Numbered from the stretch's first letter, positions 28,541-38,533 are shown. The stretch is 64,000 nt of DNA from Clostridia bacterium (GCA_017934955.1 JAGBIO010000025.1:4425-68424); one strand, 5' to 3'. Translations and numbers: made by a program. Notes: generated from the letters alone by a model not told the origin.

Positions 28541-28975
28541 ATGAAAAGCAATCTTGTTTTGCTTGAAAAAATGACGGAAGTGCAGAGGCGTGAAAGGGAA
28601 AGGCTGAAAAAAGAGTATGATGATGTGGTGCATTTGGGAGGCGAATACTTTGCCGTAAAGCACGGGCAACAATGGGGCTGTGTTGCTGACGGACATCTGA
28701 TTTGCGATGTTCAGTATGATAAAATCAGCTATTTTGAAGAAGGCTTTGCTATCGTTCGGCTTGGAAGGAAGTTTGGCTTCATTAATCGTGCCGGTGTTCC
28801 GATTTGTCTTCCTGAGTATGATTTGGTATATTTCTTTACGGATGGCTATGCGGTTGTAGCAAAGAGTAGAATGTTTGGGGCAATTAATGAAGAAGGAAAG
28901 GTGATTTGTCCGCTACGGTATGCTTCTTCTCGTGAAGTGGATCAGGTTATAAGAGAACAGTCTTTGGTGATGTAA
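28541..28975 (+). CDS. WG-repeat protein (short paralog)
   Basis: The same repeat signature. RBS AGGGGGAAG before the ATG at 28541. Own promoter TTGACA-17-TATAAT at about 28462. Confidence 0.7.
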   Translation: MKSNLVLLEKMTEVQRRERERLKKEYDDVVHLGGEYFAVKHGQQWGCVADGHLICDVQYDKISYFEEGFAIVRLGRKFGFINRAGVPICLPEYDLVYFFTDGYAVVAKSRMFGAINEEGKVICPLRYASSREVDQVIREQSLVM

Positions 28976-29006
28976 ATCCAAGATGATATTTTCGAGGAGG
29001 ATTTTT

Positions 29007-29861
29007 ATGATTGCCATAGAGAGGCGCGACCTGTTTAATGCAACGGTAAGACCGCTTTTGCTGAAAAGGTATTCTGAGGTAAGTGAATTCTTTGATGGGT
29101 TTGCAGCGGTTAAATCCAAAGGAAAATGGGGATTTGTGGATGAAAGCGGTAAAGAAATCTGCAATCCGCGGTATTTTCAAGTAGATCATTTTGTGAATGG
29201 GCATGCAAGAGTGAGACAGTCATTCTTTGGTAACACTTGGACTTTTATTGATACTTTCGGAAAGGAAATTGCGTTACCGAAATACGAAGAGGTGGAAAAT
29301 TTTGATTCGGAGGGCTTCGCGAGAGTTAAGTTTAGAGGAAAATGGGGATTTATTAATTCCATCGGTGTAGAGATTTGTGTGCCGAAGTATGCGGACGCGC
29401 ACGATTTCTTTAATGGTTATGCAGGTGTGAAATTTTTCAAAAAATGGGGATTCATCAATACGCAAGGCGACGCTATTTGCGAGATGAAGTATGACTTTGT
29501 TTGGAATTTTGTGAATGGATACGCAATGGTGATGAAAAACGGGTTATACGGATTTATTGACAAAAGCGGTAAAGAAATTTGTGAGATAAAGTATGATCGG
29601 GTAAATTATTTCCGGAATGATTATGCAGTGGTAATGAAAGGGGATAATTGGGGCGCAATTGATTCGGAAGGTAAGGAGGTTTGCGAACTTCGTTATCAGT
29701 TTGTGTATGATTTTGAAGATGGTTTCTTTGTCGTGAGAGATGAGGATCAATATGGCTCGATAGATGGTGAAGGAAAGGAGATTTATCCGGCTGTGTATTC
29801 GGATTTTACGGAAGTAAAGAACTTGACGTTGAAGAAACTATACGGAAGGAAAATTTCATAA
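29007..29861 (+). CDS. WG-repeat protein (paralog)
   Basis: The same repeat signature (GKWGFVDESGKEIC...). RBS GAGGAGG before the ATG at 29007. Confidence 0.7.
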   Translation: MIAIERRDLFNATVRPLLLKRYSEVSEFFDGFAAVKSKGKWGFVDESGKEICNPRYFQVDHFVNGHARVRQSFFGNTWTFIDTFGKEIALPKYEEVENFDSEGFARVKFRGKWGFINSIGVEICVPKYADAHDFFNGYAGVKFFKKWGFINTQGDAICEMKYDFVWNFVNGYAMVMKNGLYGFIDKSGKEICEIKYDRVNYFRNDYAVVMKGDNWGAIDSEGKEVCELRYQFVYDFEDGFFVVRDEDQYGSIDGEGKEIYPAVYSDFTEVKNLTLKKLYGRKIS

Positions 29862-29986
29862 GAAGTTTAAGAAGAGGAGAATGGCGGTTACAATTCATAG
29901 GTAACGACCATTCTCTTTTTTCTTTGCTAAATTACTTGCAAGCATTCGGATTTATGATAAAATAAAGATGTTTGGAGGATGATTGG

Positions 29987-30358
29987 ATGAAAAAACAGTT
30001 AAAGGAATATATTGAGAGTACGGAGAAGTTGTTAAAAGAAGAAAATTGCGATTTTCGTTTGTTGCGGGAAGAGTATTTTCGAAAAATTTCTTTTTTTCAG
30101 CATGAAAGGTTGATTCACTTGATTGTGACGGTTACTTTTGCCATTTTGGGGATGATTTCTTTCGGAGTTTTTTTGTTTAGCGGTGAGAAAATTATCGGAA
30201 TTTTGTTAGGTTTGTTGATTGTTCTTTTGATTCCTTATATTTTTCATTATTACGCTTTAGAAAACGGCGTGCAGAGAATGTATGCACAGTATGATGAAAT
30301 TACAGAGAGAATGAAAAATACCGAGGGATGGAGGAAAATAAAATGGAGAAAAATGTAG
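29987..30358 (+). CDS. hypothetical membrane protein (2 TM helices)
   Basis: RBS GGAGGA lies 7 nt before the ATG at 29987. Two hydrophobic helices. A terminator hairpin lies upstream at 29880-29915. Confidence 0.5.
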   Translation: MKKQLKEYIESTEKLLKEENCDFRLLREEYFRKISFFQHERLIHLIVTVTFAILGMISFGVFLFSGEKIIGILLGLLIVLLIPYIFHYYALENGVQRMYAQYDEITERMKNTEGWRKIKWRKM

Positions 30359-30585
30359 AAGTGTGTTTGCTTCTTGATTTTTATGGAAAGATGTTGACGG
30401 AGAGACAGCGGGAGATTATGGTGTTGTATTACGAGGATAATTTGTCGCTTACTGAGATTGCGGAGGAGCTTGGAATCAGTAAACAAGGTGTTTCGGATAG
30501 CATTAAACGTTCGGAAAAAGTGTTGTATGAGACAGAAAATAAGTTGTTTTTGTTAAAGCAGTATATGGAAGAGAAAAAGGATTGA
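30343..30585 (+). CDS. ylxM: YlxM/UPF0122 putative DNA-binding protein of the ffh operon
   Basis: LLDFYGKMLTERQREIMVLYYEDNLSLTEIAEELGISKQGV matches YlxM. It lies immediately upstream of ffh. Confidence 0.85.
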   Translation: MEKNVEVCLLLDFYGKMLTERQREIMVLYYEDNLSLTEIAEELGISKQGVSDSIKRSEKVLYETENKLFLLKQYMEEKKD

Positions 30586-30601
30586 TTGAGGGGGAAGAAT
30601 T

Positions 30602-31909
30602 GTGGTTTTTGAAGGATTTTCAGAAAAAATACAGGGAATTATGAAGAAGATTCGCGGAAAATCGCGAATTACCGAGGAAGATGTTAAGGAAATTGCGCGG
30701 GAAATTAAACTGGCGTTATTAGAGGCGGATGTTAACTTTAAAGTGGTAAAAGATTTTATTGCGAAGGTTTCGGAAAAGGCGATGGGACAGGATGTGTTAA
30801 AGAGTCTTACGCCGGGGCAACAAGTAGTTAAGATTGTGCATGAGGAGTTAATTGAACTTTTGGGGAAAACGCCTTCGAAATTGGAGTTTAACCCGAATGG
30901 AATTACCGTTATTTTGATGGCTGGTTTGCAAGGATCCGGTAAGACGACGGCTACCGGGAAGATTGCGAATTTATTGAGAAAACAAGGAAAAAATCCTTTG
31001 ATGGTGGCGTGCGATATCTATCGTCCGGCGGCGATTACGCAACTTCAAGTGTTAGGAAAGCAGTTAAATATTCCGGTCTTTACGATTGACGGCTCGAAGG
31101 ATGTTGTGGAAATTGCAAATGGGGCGATAAGACAGGCGAAGGCAAAAGGAAACGATGTTGTTATTATCGATACCGCAGGCCGACTTCATGTGGATGAAGA
31201 ATTGATGGAGGAGATTTATCGTTTGAAGAATGCGGTAAATCCGACGGAAATTCTGCTTGTTATCGATGCAATGACGGGACAAGATGCGTTAAATGTGGCG
31301 ACGGCCTTTAATGAAAAGCTGGAAATCAGCGGTATTGTGATGAGTAAATTGGACGGCGATACTCGAGGTGGTGCGGCGTTATCTGCAAAAGCGGTGACCG
31401 GAAAGCCGATTAAGTTTGCGAGTGTCGGAGAGAAATTAAGTGATTTGGAGCCGTTTTATCCGGATCGTATGGCTTCGAGAATCTTGGGAATGGGAGATGT
31501 ACTTTCGTTAATCGAGAAGGCACAGGAAACCTTCGAAGAGGAAGAGGCGATTAAGTTAGAGAAGAAGTTAAGAGAGGCCACTTTTACCTTAGAAGACTTT
31601 TTGAGCCAAATGCAGCAGGTGAAGAAATTAGGTCCAATCAGTCAAGTCTTGGGAATGATTCCGGGGCTTGGTTCACAGTTAAAAGATTTGCCAATTGATG
31701 ATAAAGCAATTGCACGTGTTGAAGCAATTGTGTTGTCGATGACGAAAAAAGAGAGAGAAAGACCGGATATTATTAATGCGAGTCGAAAGAAGCGAATTGC
31801 GGCGGGAAGCGGAATGCAGGTACAGGATGTAAACCGCTTATTGAAGCAATTTGATGAAATGAAAAAAATGATGAAACAATTTACAAGCGGAAAGAGGAGA
31901 CATTACTAA
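30602..31909 (+). CDS. ffh: signal recognition particle protein Ffh (SRP54)
   Basis: GTG start giving MVFEGFSEK. NG domain with GLQGSGKTT and DTAGR motifs. M-domain is methionine-rich. Confidence 0.95.
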   Translation: MVFEGFSEKIQGIMKKIRGKSRITEEDVKEIAREIKLALLEADVNFKVVKDFIAKVSEKAMGQDVLKSLTPGQQVVKIVHEELIELLGKTPSKLEFNPNGITVILMAGLQGSGKTTATGKIANLLRKQGKNPLMVACDIYRPAAITQLQVLGKQLNIPVFTIDGSKDVVEIANGAIRQAKAKGNDVVIIDTAGRLHVDEELMEEIYRLKNAVNPTEILLVIDAMTGQDALNVATAFNEKLEISGIVMSKLDGDTRGGAALSAKAVTGKPIKFASVGEKLSDLEPFYPDRMASRILGMGDVLSLIEKAQETFEEEEAIKLEKKLREATFTLEDFLSQMQQVKKLGPISQVLGMIPGLGSQLKDLPIDDKAIARVEAIVLSMTKKERERPDIINASRKKRIAAGSGMQVQDVNRLLKQFDEMKKMMKQFTSGKRRHY

Positions 31910-32529
31910 TTGGGAACACCATTTTTTTCACAGTAACGATTCACGCAACAAATATCACATTTCGGTTTGCTTGCAGTGCATGTGGCTCTGCCGTGATAGA
32001 CGAATAAGTGATTCATTTTTGACCAGTCCTGCTTTGGAATTTTCTGAAGCAGGTCTTTTTCTATTTTTAAAGGATCGTCGCTGTCGGATAAACCAAGTCG
32101 GTTGGAAATTCGTTTCGCGTGAGTATCTACGGCAATTCCTTCGCAAATATCAAATGCGTTTAATAATACGACGTTTGCAGTCTTTCTTCCGACGCCGGGA
32201 AGTGAAGTGAGTTCTTCCATGGTATGCGGGACTTCTCCGTTAAACTTTTCTACTAACATTTTGCAATTTTCTTTAATATTTTTTGCTTTATTATGATAAA
32301 ATCCGCTGGATTTTACGAGTTCTTCCAAGTGCTTTAGGTCACAATTGGCATAATCTTCTGCGGTTTTTAGTTCCGAAAACAAGCGTGGCGTGATTTTATT
32401 AATCATCGCGTCGGTGGATTGTGCCGACAAAATAACAGCGACCATTAATTCAAGAGGATTGCTGAAATTTAGGCTGCAAGTGGCATCAGGATATTCTTTT
32501 TCTAATGCTTCTATTATTTTTTTTATCAT
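31906..32529 (-). CDS. nth: endonuclease III (HhH-GPD with 4Fe-4S cluster)
   Basis: LPGVGRKTANVVL HhH-GPD motif. C-terminal Cx6Cx2Cx5C cluster (CTASKPKCDICCVNRYC). Confidence 0.9.
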   Translation of the reverse strand: MIKKIIEALEKEYPDATCSLNFSNPLELMVAVILSAQSTDAMINKITPRLFSELKTAEDYANCDLKHLEELVKSSGFYHNKAKNIKENCKMLVEKFNGEVPHTMEELTSLPGVGRKTANVVLLNAFDICEGIAVDTHAKRISNRLGLSDSDDPLKIEKDLLQKIPKQDWSKMNHLFVYHGRATCTASKPKCDICCVNRYCEKNGVPN

Positions 32530-32657
32530 TTTTCTTCTCCTGCCTTTTCATTTAATTTGTGACAAACAAGTTTCAAAATACATATTATACTATAGCATTA
32601 AATTTGCTTTTTGTTAAGCAGAGATTTGATGATGGATTGATTTTGGGGAGTGAGATT

Positions 32658-32816
32658 ATGATTTTTTTGCGGGGGTGGTTTGGTAGAATTATAGGAATTG
32701 CATTGTTGTTTATTGGTGTGGGAATGTTAATTGCGACATTTTTTGCATGTGGTTGGTTTATCGTTGTGATTTCTATTGTGCTGATTATTGTTGGCTGTTG
32801 TTTAACATGCTGTTAA
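32658..32816 (+). CDS. putative small membrane peptide (52 aa) ending in CCLTCC
   Basis: RBS GGGGAGTGAG before the ATG at 32658. Entirely hydrophobic. The longer 32559 start lacks an RBS. Confidence 0.3.
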   Translation: MIFLRGWFGRIIGIALLFIGVGMLIATFFACGWFIVVISIVLIIVGCCLTCC

Positions 32817-32924
32817 AAGGAGGGAAAGGGAATGAAAGTTGTTGTGGTAAGAGTGCCGGGGATGTTTAGTAAGTTCTTAAAGTTTATTTTTCGAATGAAG
32901 GATTAGAAGGAAGTACAGTTCTAA

Positions 32925-33195
32925 AGAAGGCAGAAACACTGTAGGGACACAATTTATTGTGTCCATGGAAAAGGCGGAAAGGCAGGACAGCATAAATGCT
33001 GTCCGTACAAAGATTTAGAAATATTAAAAATAATTTAAAGTTGAACAGTAAATAAGAAGTTTCCGGTCAGACTTAAATTATAAAGAAGGCAGAAACACTG
33101 TAGGGACACAATTCATTGTGTCCACAGAAAAGGCAGGACGGCATAAATGCTGTCCGTACAATAGTTTGAGAAATATATAAAGTTGAACAGTAATC
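32925..33195. repeat. Two adjacent MITE copies of the same family (each about 130 bp, with AAGTTGAACAGTAA-type ends)
   Basis: GGACACAATTTATTGTGTCC / GGACAGCATAAATGCTGTCC hairpins occur twice with near-identical flanks. Confidence 0.8.
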
Positions 33196-33289
33196 TATGA
33201 AAACATAAATTTGTGAAAAAATACTTACAAACCGAGAAATAAATGATAGAATAGTAGAGAAAAAGAATCACTTCAATTTGGAGGGTATT

Positions 33290-35245
33290 ATGAATTTTAC
33301 AAAAGAAAATTTGAGAGATGTAAACTTTGGTATCAACAGAGAGTGGATGCTTACCAATGGAATCGGCGGTTTTGCCGGAGGAACGATACTTGGCAGTAAT
33401 TCACGTCGTTATCATGGATTACTGATTGCGGCATTAAATCCTCCGGCTTCTCGTCATTTGGTGGTTTCCGGTCTTCATGAAGTTGTAAAAACAGAAGAGA
33501 AGGAAGAATGTTTGGCTTGTTTTGAGTCGGGAGAGTCTTATTTTGCGGAGGGTTTTCGCTATATAAGCGGATTTCATAACAATATTTTGCCGACTTGGAC
33601 TTATCAGACGGAGACTTTAAATTTGACGAAGCAAATCTGGATGGTGTATGGGAAAAATACAACGGTCATTCGGTATAAGATCAGAAATGGGGCGAAGAAG
33701 AGTAAACTTCTTCTTTATCCTCTTGTGAATTTTCGAGATTATCATTCCGAAAGGCACGATTTTTCACCGTTTCGCGTTTCTTATGAAAAGAAAATTGTTG
33801 AGATTCGATTTGATGAGGGATTAAAGGAAACTTTAAAAATGTACGCGGATAAGGCTGATTTTTATCAGGGAAACGATGTATTTTATAATATGTCTTATCG
33901 TAAAGAACGAGAACGTGGGTTAAATCATATCGAAAATCAATTTATGCCGGGGTATTTTGAAGTGAATTTAAAACCGGGAGAAGAAAAAGAGATTCATATC
34001 GTATTTACGATAGAAGATACTGTAAAGTTTAATCTTGCAGAAAGCTATGAGAATGCAATTTCGCGTCCGGGAGAATTGATTCGGAAAGCAGGTTATCAAG
34101 ATAAATTTATTAACGAGTTGGTAAAAGCGGCAGATGCGTTTATTGTGCATCGAAATTCGACGGATGGAAAGACGATTATTGCGGGATATCCTTGGTTTAC
34201 CGATTGGGGAAGAGATACGCTGATTGCTTTACCGGGGTTAACACTTGCTACAAAACGCTATGACGATGCAAAGAGTATTTTGAAAACGTTTGCAAAGTAT
34301 ATAAAAGGCGGATTGCTACCGAATGTATTTCCGGATTTCGGGGAAACGCCGGGGTATAATACCGTGGATGCGTCATTGTGGTTTTTTGAGGCGGTTTATC
34401 GGTACGTGGAGACAACGAAGGATGAAGCGTTTTTGAAGGAAATTTTTCCGAAGTTAGAGGAGATTTACCAGCGATATCGCAGGACAAAAGAGGAGATTGC
34501 GGGGCTGAATACCGAGGTCGTTTACAGCGACGACGATGCGTTAATTTATGCGGGAAATGAGCATACGCAGTTGACTTGGATGGATGCAAAGGTGGGAGAT
34601 TTTGTGGTGACGCCTCGTTTCGGAAAGGCGGTCGAGATTAATGCATTATGGTATAATGCGATTATGATTATGGCAGAATTTGCGAAACGGTTAAGAAAAA
34701 AAGAAGAATATAGCGTTTTGGCGAAAAAAGTGAAAAAGAGTTTTGAAAAAACATTTTGGAATAAAAAAGAAGAAAATCTGTATGATGTAGTAAACGAAAA
34801 CGGTGCAGACGGTAGCGTAAGACCGAATCAGATTTTTGCGATTTCTCTTACCTTTCCGGTAATCGAAGGGGAAAAGGCGGAGAAAATCTTCTTTAATGTG
34901 GCGGAGTCACTTTATACACCGGTAGGACTTCGAAGTTTGGCGCCGAGTGATAAAAATTATAAAGGAATTTATATTGGAGATATTTGGAGTAGAGATACAG
35001 CGTATCATCAAGGTACGGTTTGGACTTGGCCATTAGGTTATTTTATTACGGCGAGTAAGAAACTGCAAATAAAAGACAAGCGTTATACAGTAGAAACAAT
35101 TGTAAAGAATATTCAATATACTTTAACGGAGGAAACATTAGGACAAATTTCCGAAATTTTTGACGGAGATAAGCCGTATACGCCGCGCGGGTGCTATGCA
35201 CAGGCTTGGAGTGTTGGAGAGGTATTGAGGGCAATAACAGAGTAA
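33290..35245 (+). CDS. glycogen debranching enzyme (amylo-alpha-1,6-glucosidase, GDE_C family)
   Basis: GYPWFTDWGRDTLIAL motif. N-terminal GDE_N-like domain. RBS GGAGGG before the ATG at 33290. Confidence 0.8.
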   Translation: MNFTKENLRDVNFGINREWMLTNGIGGFAGGTILGSNSRRYHGLLIAALNPPASRHLVVSGLHEVVKTEEKEECLACFESGESYFAEGFRYISGFHNNILPTWTYQTETLNLTKQIWMVYGKNTTVIRYKIRNGAKKSKLLLYPLVNFRDYHSERHDFSPFRVSYEKKIVEIRFDEGLKETLKMYADKADFYQGNDVFYNMSYRKERERGLNHIENQFMPGYFEVNLKPGEEKEIHIVFTIEDTVKFNLAESYENAISRPGELIRKAGYQDKFINELVKAADAFIVHRNSTDGKTIIAGYPWFTDWGRDTLIALPGLTLATKRYDDAKSILKTFAKYIKGGLLPNVFPDFGETPGYNTVDASLWFFEAVYRYVETTKDEAFLKEIFPKLEEIYQRYRRTKEEIAGLNTEVVYSDDDALIYAGNEHTQLTWMDAKVGDFVVTPRFGKAVEINALWYNAIMIMAEFAKRLRKKEEYSVLAKKVKKSFEKTFWNKKEENLYDVVNENGADGSVRPNQIFAISLTFPVIEGEKAEKIFFNVAESLYTPVGLRSLAPSDKNYKGIYIGDIWSRDTAYHQGTVWTWPLGYFITASKKLQIKDKRYTVETIVKNIQYTLTEETLGQISEIFDGDKPYTPRGCYAQAWSVGEVLRAITE

Positions 35246-35258
35246 AAGAAAAATAAAA

Positions 35259-35295
35259 AAAGCCTTCCCAAGGCTGGTTGCGTGGGAAGGTTTTG
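35259..35295. terminator. Bidirectional terminator (A-run, GCCTTCCCA..TGGGAAGG hairpin, T-run)
   Basis: Stem CCTTCCCA/TGGGAAGG with a 12-nt loop, flanked by A7 upstream and T4 downstream. Confidence 0.7.
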
Positions 35296-35486
35296 AGGCG
35301 GTTTTGACAGTAATCGTCTGACCGATACGTATCTGGGCCAAAGAAAGTTGACCGGGCCAAAAATCAGATCAATAAACTGTCACCGCAGCCGGGCTAAGCC
35401 GGCATAATACATCGTCTCGATTTCATATAATGCCTCCATCGTGTCACCGGAATGCGGCAATTCGCCGCTAAAAAAGCGCTTGCGCA

Positions 35487-35800
35487 GCTGATAAACATTT
35501 CATCCAGAGACCATTAGGCCAAGGGAATCTCCTCCTTTTTGTCGAGGGTAAAGAGAGAAAACAAAAATTTTATCTCTTAACCAAAGACATTAGTGCAAGG
35601 GAATCTCCTCCTTTTATGTCAAGGGGAAAGGGATGAATTATGGGGCAAAATTTTGCAGCCGATACACACTTCATCCAGAGACATTAGTCCAATGGAATCT
35701 CCTCCTTTTATGTCGAGTGGAAAGGGATGAAACAAAAATTTTATCTCTTAACCAAAGACTATTAGTGCAAGGGAATCTCCTCCTTTATATGATTGACGAT
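35487..35800. repeat. Tandem duplication of a ~177-bp unit, each unit carrying two copies of CATTAG(G/T)(G/C)CAAGGGAATCTCCTCC
   Basis: Four copies of the 24-nt motif at 35511, 35588, 35683 and 35760. The two units are about 90% identical. Confidence 0.85.
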
Positions 35801-36150
35801 GAGTAAAAGGTTACTGTTAGTTAAACGTCTATGATGGTCCTATAGAACCATTAAATAATTTCGCGCTTTGTAAAATGAGCGCTAACGTCCCCTTTTTTGA
35901 AAAAGGTATGATAGAATAACTAACGCAATCATATTAACATAAAACTAAAATAATGTCAACTGTTTTTTGGAAACTTAGTGAAATAGATGTTATTGTTCAG
36001 AATATAAATTGTTACAAATATATCGGGACGTCGAGGACGCCGTTCCCTACACTGACGGCACAATCATTATGGAAATTAAGTTTTGCTTATAAGCGAATAA
36101 GATAAAAAGAATAAAGATACTATTAAAACAGAAAGATTATTGGTGATAAC

Positions 36151-36630
36151 ATGATTATTTTTGGAATTGATCCGGGTTTTGCAATTATCGGGTGTGGGAT
36201 TATAGAGAAAACAGGAAACAAGTATCGGCTGATTGATTACGGGGCGATTACGACGAAGGCCGGGCTTGACTTATCTGAGAGATTGAATATAATATACGAT
36301 GAGATCGTAAAAAAGTTTGAGCAGTATAAGCCGGACTGTATTGCGATGGAAGAATTGTTTTTTAATACGAATATTACAACGGGAATTAACGTTGCTCAAG
36401 CGCGCGGTGTTCTTTTACTCGCGGCTTCGCAGTATGGAAAACCGTTTTATGAGTATACACCGCTTCAAATTAAGCAGGCGATTACCGGATACGGAAGGGC
36501 TGATAAAAAGCAGATGCAGAAAATGGTGCAGACCTTGTTGAAGCTGTCGGAGATTCCGAAGCCGGATGATGCGGCGGATGCGGTGGCGGTGGCTCTTTGC
36601 TGCGGAAACAGTGAGCGATTCAAGTCATAA
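36151..36630 (+). CDS. ruvC: crossover junction endodeoxyribonuclease RuvC
   Basis: IIFGIDPGFAIIGCGII N-terminus. Catalytic acidic residues are conserved (D7, E66, D139-like). Confidence 0.9.
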   Translation: MIIFGIDPGFAIIGCGIIEKTGNKYRLIDYGAITTKAGLDLSERLNIIYDEIVKKFEQYKPDCIAMEELFFNTNITTGINVAQARGVLLLAASQYGKPFYEYTPLQIKQAITGYGRADKKQMQKMVQTLLKLSEIPKPDDAADAVAVALCCGNSERFKS

Positions 36631-36645
36631 AATATGGAGGGTGTT

Positions 36646-37986
36646 ATGGGGAGATTATTTGGAACAGATGGCGTTAGAGGAATTGCGAATAAGGAACTTA
36701 CGACAGAATTGGCTTATAAAATTGGAAGAGCCGGTGCATATGTGTTAGCCGGAGAGTTAAAGCATAAGCCGGTGATTATTATCGGAAAAGATACTCGTCT
36801 TTCAGGAGATATGTTAGAAGCCAGTTTGATTGCCGGAATTTGTTCGGTAGGGGCGGATGTCATTCGTGCCGGCATTATTCCGACACCGGGAATTGCTTAT
36901 TTGACGAGATTGTATCAATGTGATGCGGGTGTTGTGATTTCGGCGTCGCATAATTCCTATGAATTTAATGGAATTAAGTTCTTTAATGAAAAGGGATATA
37001 AATTACCGGATAAAATTGAGGAAGAAATTGAAGCGATTATCTTCGGAGAGGCACAAGGTCCGGATAATGTGACACATGAGAAAGTTGGTCACTGCATTAC
37101 CCGTGGTCATTGTGATGAGGATTACGCGAGATACTTGGTAAGTTTGGGTACAAATTTGAAGAATAAAAGAATCGCGATTGATTGTGCTAACGGTGCGGCT
37201 TACAAAATTGCCCAAAGAGTTTTTTCGGATTTGGGTGCAGAAGTTTTAGCGATGGGAAATACGCCGGATGGTGTAAATATTAATCGTGACTGCGGTTCTA
37301 CACATTTGGAGAATTTGCAAAAGTATGTGGTAGATATCGGAGCGAATTTGGGTTTTGCTTTTGACGGAGACGCAGATCGTATGCTTGCGATTGATGAAAA
37401 CGGAGAATTTGTAGATGGTGATAAAGTTCTGATGATTTGCGGAATTCACTTGAAGAATCAAGGAAAATTAAAGAATAACGCGGTTGTCGGAACGGTGATG
37501 AGTAATCTTGGTTTTGATTTGGCAGGAAAAGAAAATGACATACAAACCGTTCGTACAAAGGTTGGAGACCGCTATGTATTGGAGGAAATGCTAAATAAAG
37601 GATATGTTCTTGGTGGTGAGCAGTCCGGTCATGTGATATTCTTAGAGCATAATACCACCGGAGATGGTATTTTAACGGCGATTAATGTGCTAAATGTGTT
37701 AAATGCAACCGGTAAGAAATTATCGGAATTGTCAAAATGTATGAAAACTTATCCGCAAGTGACGGTAAATGCGAAAGTGACGGCGGAGAGAAAGAGTACA
37801 TACCAAAATGATGAAAAGATTAAAAAGATGATTGAAGAGACCGAAAAGCTATTCGAAGGAAACGGTCGTGTTTTGATTCGTCCTTCCGGAACAGAGCCTT
37901 TAGTGCGAGTTATGATTGAGGGAGACGACCAGGAGTTGATTGAAACAAAGGCAAAGGAAATTGCGAAAGCAATTGAGGTAGAGTAA
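36646..37986 (+). CDS. glmM: phosphoglucosamine mutase
   Basis: MGRLFGTDGVRG N-terminus and the SASHNSYEFNGIKFF phosphoserine loop. RBS GGAGGG lies 5 nt before the ATG at 36646. Confidence 0.9.
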   Translation: MGRLFGTDGVRGIANKELTTELAYKIGRAGAYVLAGELKHKPVIIIGKDTRLSGDMLEASLIAGICSVGADVIRAGIIPTPGIAYLTRLYQCDAGVVISASHNSYEFNGIKFFNEKGYKLPDKIEEEIEAIIFGEAQGPDNVTHEKVGHCITRGHCDEDYARYLVSLGTNLKNKRIAIDCANGAAYKIAQRVFSDLGAEVLAMGNTPDGVNINRDCGSTHLENLQKYVVDIGANLGFAFDGDADRMLAIDENGEFVDGDKVLMICGIHLKNQGKLKNNAVVGTVMSNLGFDLAGKENDIQTVRTKVGDRYVLEEMLNKGYVLGGEQSGHVIFLEHNTTGDGILTAINVLNVLNATGKKLSELSKCMKTYPQVTVNAKVTAERKSTYQNDEKIKKMIEETEKLFEGNGRVLIRPSGTEPLVRVMIEGDDQELIETKAKEIAKAIEVE

Positions 37987-38034
37987 CTTTGCAGATTAAA
38001 TTCAATAATGGCACCATCCGTTAGGACACAATGA

Positions 38035-38130
38035 ATTGTGTCCGTACAGAAGGTAGTCCCATTATTGAAGGATTCAAAAGCTAATGAAATCAGAAACATT
38101 GTAGGGACACAATTTATTGTGTCCAAAGAA
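38035..38130. repeat. REP hairpin pair (GGACACAATGAATTGTGTCC ... GGACACAATTTATTGTGTCC)
   Basis: Direct inspection. Confidence 0.8.
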
Positions 38131-38204
38131 AAAAAGCAGGTCATAATGACTTGAGTGAATTGCACCATTATTGCATGAAAGGTGGTGGTGATATGATTGT
38201 GTTA

Positions 38205-38345
38205 AGAATTTGAGCGCCGGAACCGTTTTAGACGGTTGACGAGGAGAAGGTTTATCGAAAGTTTCGGCGGATGCCTTCCGGATGAAGAAATTCAGTCGTA
38301 AGTGTTTTTACAAAGCCTTCCGGTAACGGGAGAGAAAAAATAAAA
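38205..38345 (+). ncRNA. glmS_ribozyme: glmS ribozyme / GlcN6P riboswitch
   Basis: AGCGCCGGAACCG...GACGGTTGACGAGGAGAAGGTTTATCGAAAGTTTCGGCGGATGCCTTCCGG matches the conserved glmS ribozyme core (A^GCGCC cleavage site, GACGAGGA, UUUAUCGAA..UUCGGCGGAUGCC). It lies in the 5'UTR of glmS. Confidence 0.85.
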
Positions 38346-38533
38346 CATAATGAATGTGAATATTATAAAACGAATATAGATAATTGAATAATGAAACCGG
38401 GCGTAGGAGACGTCCTTGTTTGCTGTACTTATTTTCACTATATTTGCGGATTAATCGGAATAGTGAAATTGCAGAGAGGACAGCATAAATGCTGTCCGTA
38501 CAATACATTTGAATTAAAGGGAGGATTATATAT

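Noticed and set aside
32559-32816. 85-aa ORF starting at 32559
   Set aside because: No RBS at 32559. Only the internal ATG at 32658 has one, leaving a 52-aa hydrophobic peptide. This is kept as a low-confidence feature and the long form is not called.
35511-35783. Idea that the repeated GGAATCTCCTCCTTT motifs are fragments of 16S rRNA 3' ends (GGATCACCTCCTTT)
   Set aside because: Only the anti-SD core matches. The flanks do not resemble 16S, and the motif is embedded in a larger 177-bp unit. This is treated as coincidental or functional anti-SD similarity rather than an rRNA pseudogene.
35300-36150. Protein-coding gene in the 850-bp gap before ruvC
   Set aside because: All six frames are closed at short intervals. 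The longest minus-strand peptide is about 38 aa with no RBS.
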